Assembly: GCA_028826165.1 (NCBI GenBank)
Contig: JAPDFW010000065.1
Coordinates: forward strand, 434,001 to 498,000
DNA length: 64,000 nt
Direction of reading: 5' to 3'
DNA from: Anaeramoeba ignava BMAN
Taxonomy: Eukaryota > Protista > Anaeramoebae
Of the stretch, positions 11,903 to 21,832 are shown one piece after another. The position numbers and the translations under genes are program-made. How positions within the stretch are numbered: the first letter of the stretch is position 1; the number at the start of each line of letters is the position of its first letter. The notes beneath the pieces were generated by a model. The model made no database searches and was not told the origin of the DNA. It saw only the letters and a list, made by a program, of their open reading frames with translations.

Positions 11903-14575
11903 TTAAATGAAATAAGTTTCAAGTTCATCAACAATCCATGATTCATAAGAACCAGCTAAATAACTATAAGATTCATTTGTTCCATATTTAATTCCATCAG
12001 GTAGATTATAACTATTGCCAAAATTGGAACGGCCAGATTGTAAATTAGGTTTTATCCAAAAATCACCTATACATATTTTAATAAAGATAAATAATTAATT
12101 TTAATAATAATTAATAATAATTTAATTTAAAATTGAAATAATAATATTATTTATTATATTAATATTTTGGATTATTTATTAATTTAATTTTAATTATAAT
12201 AATAAAAATTAATTTTAATAATAATAAAAATAATTTAATTTACCCCCTTTGGTTTAAACCTTTTTAATAAAGGAAAAAATAACTTTTTAATTTTTAATTG
12301 CAAAATTTAAACCTTTTACAAAATATTTAAACCTTTTGCAAAAATTTTAAATTTAAAATTAACTTTTTATTTTAAATTGAAATAATAATATTTTTTTATT
12401 ATATTGAATTATTTATTAATTTAAATTTAATTATAATAATAAATATTTACAAACTATTTTAATAAGGGATAAATAATTAATTTTAATAATAATTAAATAA
12501 TAATTTGTTTTTTTAAAATTAAATTTATTTTAAATTGAAATAATAATATTATTTATTATATTAATATTTTTGAATTATTTATTAAATATAAAATATTTAT
12601 ATTTACTCCCTATTTTAATAAAGATAAATAATTAATTTTTAATAATAATTAATAAAAATTTAATTTTAAAAGGTTTAAAATTTTTATTTTAAATTGAAAA
12701 AATAAATATTATTTATTATATTAATATTTTGGATTATTTATTAATTTTAAATTTAATTATAATAATAAGTATTTACCATCTATTTTTAATAAGGATAAAT
12801 AATTAATTTTAATAATAATTAATAATAATTTAATTTATATTTATTTAATTTTTAAATTGAAATAATAATATTATTTATTAATTTAAATTTAATTATAATA
12901 ATAAGTATTTACCATCTATTTTAATAAAGATAAATAATTAATTTTAATAATAATTAATAATAATTTAATTTAAAATTAATTTTATTTTAAATTTAAATAA
13001 TATTATTATTTATTAATGTAAATTTAATTATAATAATAAATATTTACCATCTATTTTAATAAGGATAAATAATTAATTTTAATAATAATTAATAATAATT
13101 TAATTTTAAATTAAATTTATTTTAAATTGAAATAATAATATTATTTATTAATTTAATTTTAATTATAATAATAAATATTTATATTTACTCCCAAAAGTTG
13201 GACCATCACTTAAACACCAAATAATTGCATATCCTTCCCTTTCTTTATTAATTGTAAACTTCTGTGGGTCTCTATCTCCTTTATCATTTCTTAATGAAAA
13301 AATAAATGCATTTGGATCTTTCATATATCCAAAATAACCTCCATCATAATTCCATTTTGATTTATCATTTGTCCATCCAACTTGAGTAAATCCTCCAAAA
13401 ATAAAATTATCTTTTGTTTTGATAATAGATAACGTTGTTCCTTTCCCATCAACTGATTTATGCCAATTTTGAGAATTAAATCCATCTCTTTTGGCTGAAA
13501 ATCCTTTTTTCATTTTGGAAAAAAAATCATTATCATTTATCCATTCTTGTAATTTCTTAACATATTCAATATCTGTAATAATTTCTGAATCTGAAAAAAT
13601 CTTGTGTAATTCATTTAATTCAAACCCTGGTTTCATTTTCTCAATTTCTTTCTCTTTATCTTCAATTTCAATTTTCATTTGTTGATTTTCTTTCTCTTTA
13701 TTTTCAATTTCTTTTTGATTATCTTGAATAACTTTGTTTTGAATATCAACTAAAAAAGATTTGGGAAAAAAACAATCAAATTGTTTTAATTTATCAAAAT
13801 CTTGTTTTGAAATTGAATCTTTATCAAATAATGAAAAAAAAGAATGAAATAATCTTTTCTTTGCATTCATTTTGTGTTTATATTTCCTTAATTTTAATTT
13901 TTCATTTCTTTTTTCAATCCAATTATTTAAAAATTGAAAAAAATCAAATTGAAAAATTTCTTTTTTTTCTTGTTTAAATTGAATAAATTTGATAATTTCT
14001 TCTTTAGTTAAATTGAATAAATTCTCATTATTCTGAATTTGGGAAAAATTTTTATTTATTAATTCAAAACATTTTATTTCAATTTCATTTGATTTTAAAT
14101 TTCGATTTTGGAATAAAAATTGGAAAAAATTTGAATAATTAATTGAATTTGAAATTTTTTTTTGAATAAATTCTTTCAATAAATTTAATTTAAAATAAAT
14201 TGAAATTTCCAATAATTGAATAAGATTTTCTTGATTCTCAAAAGAAATATTTCCATAATAAATATAACTCAAAATTGATTCCATTTCTTTTTTATTAAAT
14301 TGATTTAAAGAAATAGAAAGAGATTCTTGCCTTAATGACTCATTAAAAAAAGGAGATCTTGAAGATAAAATTGATTTATGAACTTTAATTTCAAAAGGAT
14401 TTGATCCATTCTCAACAAAAATTGAAAAATCAGTAAATGAATTTCCATTTAAAAGGTTTGAATAATCTTTAATTAAATTTTTTGTTACTTTTTTTTCTAA
14501 ATTTTTCATTTCATTTTCATTTTGGTTTTGATTTTGATTTGCATTTTCAATTTGGTTATTATTATCATTATCCAT
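11903..14575 (-). CDS. BTB/POZ + TLDc domain protein, copy 2 (intact; microexon array in last intron region)
   Basis: Exon 14575-13189 ends GPTFG-A|GTAAAT. Terminal exon 12066-11903 reads DFWIKPNLQSGRSNFG..YLAGSYESWIVDELETYFI*. Confidence 0.9.
12067..13188 (-). repeat. Second tandem intron / 3-nt microexon array
   Basis: AG-NNN-GT junctions at 13050-13048 ATG, 12915-12913 ATG, 12779-12777 ATG, 12609-12607 GGA and 12453-12451 TTT. A possible GGG at 12246-12244 lies in noisy sequence. Confidence 0.78.
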
Positions 14576-14989
14576 TTTGTTTTTTGTTTTGTTTTTTGTT
14601 TTGTTTTTTGTTTTTGTTTTTTGTGTTTTAAAAAAAAATGAAAAAAATGAAAAAAATAAAAATGAATATTTTTTTCCATTTTTTGAAAATAAATAAAAAT
14701 ATAAAAAATGAGAATAAATTTAAATTAATAATTAATTTAATTTTCTTTTTGATTTATTATTTTAAATTAATTTATTAATAAATTATTATTATTTTTTATT
14801 AATTTTTTTTATTAAAAAAAAAGGAAAATTATTTTAATTTAATTTTTAATTTAATTTTTTTTTTGGAATTTAAAAATTAATAATAAATTTAAATTTTAAA
14901 AACAAATTTCCAAATTAATATTAATTCAATTTAATTCAAAAAAAAAGATAAAATTTTAATTTCAAAAAAATCAATTTTCAAAATATTTT

Positions 14990-15555
14990 TAAATAATAAA
15001 ATATTTAAATCTAAAACAATAAATTATTATTTTAAACATAGAATTAAATATTAAATTATATTTTTAAATTAATTTATAAATTAAATATTAAATTAAATCT
15101 ATTTTCATTTTTTATATTTATATGTAAAATATTTAAATAATAAAATATTTAAATATAAAACATTAAATTATTATTTTAAACATAAAATTAAATATTAAAT
15201 TATATTTTTAAATTAATTTATAAATTAAATATTAAATTAAACCTATTCTCATTTCTTATATTTATATGTTAAATATTTAAATAATAAAATATTTAAATCT
15301 AAAACAATAAATTATTATTTTAAACATAAAATTAAATATTAAATTATATTTTTAAATTAATTTATAAATTAAATATTAAATTAAATCTATTCTTATTTTT
15401 TATATTTATATGTTAAATATTTAAATAATAAAATATTAAAATTTAAAACATTAAATTATTATTTTAATAATAAAATTAAATATTAAATTATATTTTCAAA
15501 TTAATTTATAAATTAAATATTAAATTAAACTATTCTCATTTTTTATATTTAATAA
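14990..15555. repeat. ~144-bp AT-rich tandem repeat (4 units), paralogue of 9285-9705
   Basis: The same unit recurs at ~15005, ~15150, ~15295 and ~15437. Confidence 0.75.
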
Positions 15556-15639
15556 ACAAATTTTCAAAATATTTTTCCAAATTAATAAAATTCCAAAAAT
15601 TATTTTTTTCATTTTTTTCATTTTTTTTCTTTTTCAAAA

Positions 15640-17471
15640 ATGAATGAAATTATATTTTTTGGTCAAAATGAATATCCAAAACTTTTCAAAAATAAATCAT
15701 ACGAAATAACAAAACCAATTCAATTTAAATTTGAAAATGAAAATGAAAATGAAAATGAAAATGAAAATGAAAAACAAATTAAACAAATTTCATCAAGCGA
15801 ACTTTCAACAATTTTCCTTTTTAAAAATGGAAAAGCAATAGAATATTTAGAAAATTCAAAAACAAAAATCCTCAAAAAATCCAAATTGAAGAAAATATTC
15901 AAAAAGTAACTGTTGGTTGTGAAAATGAAGCTATTTTAACAATAGAAGGAAATGTATTTGCAAAAGGAAATAATATTAATCCAAATAATTCAAATAATTT
16001 TATCAATATTTCATCATTAATTGAAGATAAAAATGATAGAATAATTGAAGATATTGTTTCTGGAGCTTATTCAATTTACTTATTAACTTCAAATCAAAAT
16101 GTTTATGGAATTGGTGCAAATTATTATGGTCAACTTGGTTTTGATTCTGAAACACTTTTCAATACAGAAAAACCAATTTTAATGATGAAAAATGTTTCTA
16201 AAATATTTTCAGGAAATAATTCTTCACATCATTTTTTTCTTTTAAATTCAAATCAAGAATTATTTGGATGCGGATATAATGAATCTGGTCAACTTGGATT
16301 AGGAGAATCAACAAAAGAAGAAAAAAAAATCCAAAAATTAATCAAAATCCAAAATATTCCAAAAGGCAAAATAATTGATATTAAATGTGCAGATTCTCAT
16401 TCAATAATGTTGATTGAAAATGAAAATGAAGATGAAAATCCAAACAGAAAACTTTATTCATGTGGAAATTATCAATATAATGGACTTGGCAAAAATAAAA
16501 ATACTTATGAATTTACTGAAATCAAATCATCTTTATTTGAAAATGATGATAATATTCTTGATATTTCTGTTGGAGTTAATCATACTTTGATTTTAACATA
16601 TAAAGGGAAATTAATTGGATTTGGAAATAATTATTCTGGTCAATTAGGAACTGGAGATACAGAAGATCAATTAATTCCAATTCAAATTAAACTTCCTAAA
16701 TTAAGATTTAATGAAAATATTTCTAATTATCATGTTTTTTGTGGAGATGACAGTTCATTTCTTTATTACTCTCCTTTTTCTTTTTCCAATCTTGAAGAAG
16801 ATTTGATAAAATTATTTAGAAGAAAAGAATTTTGTGATATTTCATTTAAAACCAAAAATGGAGAAATAATCAAAGCTCATAAATTAATATTGAAATACAG
16901 ATTAAATCAAAATCAAAATGAAATTGAAAAACTTCAAGAAATTATTTCAAAAAAATCAATTAAAGAATCAAATCAAATATTTGAAATGATTTATTCAAAC
17001 AGAATAATAAATCCAAAATTATATTCTGAAATTAAAGAAATTATAAATTCCAATGAAAAAATTGAAGAAACAATGAAAAGAATTTATTTAAATGAAAATG
17101 AAAATGAAAATGAAAAAGATTTTATAATTGAAAGAAAAGAAAAACAATATAAATTTCCTAAATTAATATTAATAATGAGAAGTGAATTATATCGAGGAAT
17201 GTTTTTATCTGTAACTGAAGATACTTCTAATAAAGTTACAGATTATAGTGAATTAAGTAATAAATCATTTCAAATATTTGAATATTGGATTTATTCAAAT
17301 CAAATTAAAAAAGAAATCGAAATTACACAAGAAATAATTGATGAAATTAAAATTGGAATTGATTATTTTCAATTAAATCAAACAAATCCAAATTTATTTG
17401 ATTTATTAATTAACAAATTTGATAATCAAAATCAAAAACAGAAATCAAAAGAAAAATGTTTAATTTTTTAA
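15640..17471 (+). CDS. RCC1-repeat + tandem BTB protein with CaaX (CLIF), copy 3; frameshift in A-runs near 15858-15869
   Basis: ORFs 15640-15909 and 16182-17471 join by homology to copies 2 and 4. There are extra A residues in TCAAAAACAAAAATCC. Confidence 0.85.
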
Positions 17472-17619
17472 TAATTAAAATTAAAATTAAAATTAAAATT
17501 AAAATTAAAATTAAAATTAAAATTAAAATTAAAATTAAAATTAAAATTAAAATTAAAATTAAAATTAAAATTAAAAATAAAAATCCAAAATTCATTTTTT
17601 CATTTTTTTCTTTTCAAAA

Positions 17620-19434
17620 ATGAATGAAATTATATTTTTTGGTTTAAATGAATATCCAAAACTTTTCAAAAATGAACCAGATAGAATAAAAAAACCAATT
17701 CAATTTAAATTTGAAAATGAAAATGAAAATGAAAAACAAATTAAACAAATTTCTTCTTCAAATTATTCAACAATTTTCCTTTTTGAAAATGGAAAAGCAA
17801 TAGAATATTTAAGAGATTCAAAACAAAATCCTCAAAAAATCCAAATTGAAGAAAATATTCAAAAAGTAACTTTTGGTGATGAAAATGAAGCTATTTTAAC
17901 AATAGAAGAAAATGTATTTGCCAAAGGATATGATATTAATCCAAAAAAACCAAATAAATTTATCAACATTTCATCATTAATTGAAGATACAAATGATAGA
18001 GTAATTGAAGATATTGTTTCTGGAGCTTATTCAATTTACTTATTAACTTCAAATCAAAATGTTTATGGAATTGGTGCAAATTATTATGGTCAACTTGGTT
18101 TTGATTCTGAAACACTTTTCAATACAGAAAAACCAATTTTAATGATGAAAAATGTTTCTAAAATATTTTCAGGAAATGCTTCAAAATTTGTTTTTCTTTT
18201 AAATTCAAATCAAGAATTATTTGGATGTGGCGATAATAATTCTGGACAAATTGGATTAGGAGAATCAAGAAAAGATGAAAAAATCCAAAAATTAACCAAA
18301 ATCCAAAATATTCCAAAAGGCAAAATAATTGATATTAAATGTGCAGATTCTCATTCAATAATGTTGATTGAAAATGAAAATGAAAATCCAAACAGAAAAC
18401 TTTATTCATGTGGAAATTATCAATATAATGGACTTGGCAAAAATAAAAATACTTATGAATTTACTGAAATCAAAACATCTTTATTTGAAAATGATGATAA
18501 TATTCTTGATTTTTCTGTTGGAAGTTTTCATAATTTGATTTTAACATCTAATTCAAAATTAATTGGATTTGGAAATAATTCTTTTGGTCAACTAGGAACT
18601 GAAACTGGAGCTGGAGATACAGAAGATCAATTAATTTCAATTCAAATTGAACTTCCTAAATTAAGATTTAATGAAAATATTTCTAATTATCATATTTCTT
18701 GTGGAGAATTCAAATCATTTCTTTATTACTCTCCTTTTTCTTTTTCCAATCTTGAAGAAGATTTGATAAAACTATTTGAAAGAAAAGAATTTTGTGATAT
18801 TTCATTTAAAACCAAAAATGGAGAAATAATCAAAGCTCATAAATTAATATTGAAATATAGATTAAATCAAAATCAAAATCAAATTGAAAAACTTCAAGAA
18901 ATTATTTCAAAAAAATCAATTAAAGAATCAAATCAAGTATTTGAAATGATTTATTCAAATAATTCCAAAATAAATCCAATATTATATTCAGAAATTAAAG
19001 AAATTATAAATTCAAATGAAAAAATAGAAGAAACAATGAAAAGAATTTATTTAAATGAAAATGAAAATGAAAAAGAAAAAGATTTTATAATTGAAAGAAA
19101 AGAAAAACAATATAAATTTCCTAAATTAATATTAATAATGAGAAGTGAATTATATCGAGGAATGTTTTTATCTGTAACTGAAGATACTTCTAATAAAGTT
19201 ACAGATTATAGTGAATTAAGTAATAAATCATTTCAATTATTTGAATATTGGATTTATTCAAATCAAATTAAAGAAGAAATTCAAATTACACAAGAAATAA
19301 TTAATGAAATTAAAATTGGAATTGATTATTTTCAATTAAATCAAACAAATCCAAATTTATTTGATTTATTAATTAACAAATTTAATAATCAAAATCAAAA
19401 ACAGAAATCAAAAGAAAAATGTTTAATTTTTTGA
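17620..19434 (+). CDS. RCC1-repeat + tandem BTB protein with CaaX (CLIF), copy 4 (intact)
   Basis: 604-aa ORF with the same architecture as the other copies. Confidence 0.92.
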   Translation: MNEIIFFGLNEYPKLFKNEPDRIKKPIQFKFENENENEKQIKQISSSNYSTIFLFENGKAIEYLRDSKQNPQKIQIEENIQKVTFGDENEAILTIEENVFAKGYDINPKKPNKFINISSLIEDTNDRVIEDIVSGAYSIYLLTSNQNVYGIGANYYGQLGFDSETLFNTEKPILMMKNVSKIFSGNASKFVFLLNSNQELFGCGDNNSGQIGLGESRKDEKIQKLTKIQNIPKGKIIDIKCADSHSIMLIENENENPNRKLYSCGNYQYNGLGKNKNTYEFTEIKTSLFENDDNILDFSVGSFHNLILTSNSKLIGFGNNSFGQLGTETGAGDTEDQLISIQIELPKLRFNENISNYHISCGEFKSFLYYSPFSFSNLEEDLIKLFERKEFCDISFKTKNGEIIKAHKLILKYRLNQNQNQIEKLQEIISKKSIKESNQVFEMIYSNNSKINPILYSEIKEIINSNEKIEETMKRIYLNENENEKEKDFIIERKEKQYKFPKLILIMRSELYRGMFLSVTEDTSNKVTDYSELSNKSFQLFEYWIYSNQIKEEIQITQEIINEIKIGIDYFQLNQTNPNLFDLLINKFNNQNQKQKSKEKCLIF

Positions 19435-19521
19435 TAATTAAAATTAAAATTTCAAATTTCATTTTTTTTCTTTATTAACTTTAATTTTTTTTTGTTTTTT
19501 TTGAATAAAAGAAGAATTTGA

Positions 19522-21658
19522 ATGAGTTCATTAAACGATAATTTATTGGATAAAACATCAAAAGAAATCAAAGAAACACAAAAAAGAATATTATATTCTG
19601 AAAAATTAAGATTTCGTTTTCCAGGAGATTTTAAATCAATTTTAAGGCAATTATATCCAATTAATAAATTGAATTCAATATCAATTGCAATTAAAGAAAA
19701 AGTAACAGTACAAAAGCAAAATTTTGAATTTAATGAAAAAATGTATTATAATGGATTAGAAATTGAAGATTTTTTTGGAGATGGAAATGTAGAAAAACAG
19801 AAATCAGAACAAAAAGAATCATTATCAGAAATTTATCAACTTGAAGAAGATGAAAGTTATTTTGATTGGCTTCCTGAAGAATGTATTTAATTTATAAATG
19901 AATTTTAATTTTAATTTTGATTTTTAATTTTAATTTTAATTTTAATTTTAATTTTAATTTTAATTTTAATTTTAATTTTAATTTTAATTTTAATTTTAAT
20001 TTTATAAATGAATTTTAATTTTAATTTTAATTTTAATTTTAATTTTAATTTTAATTTTAATTTTAATTTTAATTTTAATTTTAATTTTAATTTTAATTTT
20101 AATTTTATAAATGAATTTTAATTTTAATTTTATAAATGAATTTTAATTTTAATTTTAATTTTAATTTTGTAAATGAATTTTAATTTTAATTTTAATTTTG
20201 TAAATGAATTTTAATTTAAATCAAAATTAAAAAAAGTGATTTTAATGATCTTTGAATATCTTGATAAACCTCATCATTTATGCTTTTGTGAAGCAACTTG
20301 TCAAATGTTTTTTAGGATTTCAAATGAACCACTTTTATGGAGAAGAGTTTTACAAGAAAATGCACCTTATATTGATTTTATATATGTTCACGAATCAGCA
20401 TACAGAAGCCTTGGAAACACCATATAATTCATTCTTATTTTCTGGAGTAATGGGATTGACAAAATATTTTGAAGATGAATATTTATCTTCTTTTTCTCAA
20501 GAAGAACTTTTAGAATTTCAACAAGATGAAAAACAGGAACAAGAAAAAATAACAAAATTTCCAAATAAAAGAAAACCAAAACCAAATCAAACCATTAAAG
20601 AACCCACTCTTTATCCAAAACTATTGGGAAATAAACGCAAAATATTACTTCAAAACGCAAGATATGATGAAGAAACAGTTTCTTTGATTCGAAACGATCC
20701 AAGAAAATTATTTTTGGATCAAATTAAGAAAATTGATTATGAAATTAAGAAATGCAAAAAAAAACATGATTTTTTTTGGAAATATAACCGTAACAAGAAA
20801 GCAGATCAAGCAATTCTTGCTTTTCATGGAGGAGTTTTGCCGATTGTTTCTTCGCTGTCATTTTTTATCACAATTTTATTGATTTGTTTGAAAAAGGATT
20901 TAGTGATTGAAACAAGTTATAAATTGATATTTATTCCAATTGAGATATTATGGTGGTGTATTGTTTATATTGGATTTTGCTTCAATTTATCGCGAGAGGA
21001 TATGCCAATGTATGTTTTTGGAAGAGCGCTTTATCTTTCTGGATTTTTCACTTTTTGGTTCACTTTATTATTGAGTATTAAATTGGATGATGAAGATATT
21101 TTTCCTTGGTTTGTAATTCTTATTCCACATTTTTTATCATTTGGAGCATGGATTTATTTTTGTTGGCATATTTTCTCACGAATTCGGGAAGAAGATAATT
21201 TTTTGGTCAATATTTTTGTTCTTCATATCATTATTTATCACACTTTCTTCAGTTTGTTTCTTGTTCTTATTGTTTTGAACAAACATGATATTGGATCCAT
21301 CAGTCAAAATTCGTTATTTTATTATATGTTTGCTGTTTGTTTTTCACCTGTTTTTTTTGCTATTTTTTGGCCGTTTTTTATAAGATATTGCAGAAGAAAA
21401 ATTCACAGTTGGTCTGATTTACATCATTTGCCTGATTTTTATGGTTCTTATTTTGAAATTGATTTAATTTCTTTTGGAATGTTGATGATTCCTTTTGTTC
21501 TTATTTTTGTTCAACTTTTGATTATTTATTTGAAGTTGAATCAGAAGATATTTTGTGAATGGATTGTTGTTGGAACTCCTTCTTTTATTTCTTTGGGTAT
21601 TTTTTTAATTATAAGTGTTGTTGGTGAAATTTTATATGCAATTGATGAATATTTTTAA
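19522..21658 (+). CDS. F-box protein fused to a TMEM185/TMEM60-like multi-pass membrane domain
   Basis: Intron 19883-20236 (GT..AG) joins YFDWLPEE|LILMIFEYL...CQMFFRISNEPLLW, an F-box. A frame change near 20400-20430 leads into the 468-aa ORF with three LKLD..W....IP-type hydrophobic repeats. Confidence 0.72.
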
Positions 21659-21832
21659 TTCAATTTCTTTTGGAATTTTTTTTGGAATTTATTTTTGAAG
21701 AAATTGGAAAATGGATTTAAAAATTCCCAAAAAAAAAGAATTGAATGAAATTGGAAAAAAAATAAAGGAATTAAATTGGAAAAAAAAAAGAATTGAATGA
21801 AATTGGAAAAAAAAATAAAGGAATTAAAAAGC

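Noticed and set aside
12230-12360. Additional microexons or a distinct insertion in array 2
   Set aside because: The sequence looks like low-quality consensus with distorted homopolymers, so only a tentative GGG unit was noted.
21731-21830. ~51-bp direct repeat between convergent genes
   Set aside because: It is a simple local duplication in low-complexity UTR sequence, with no further structure.
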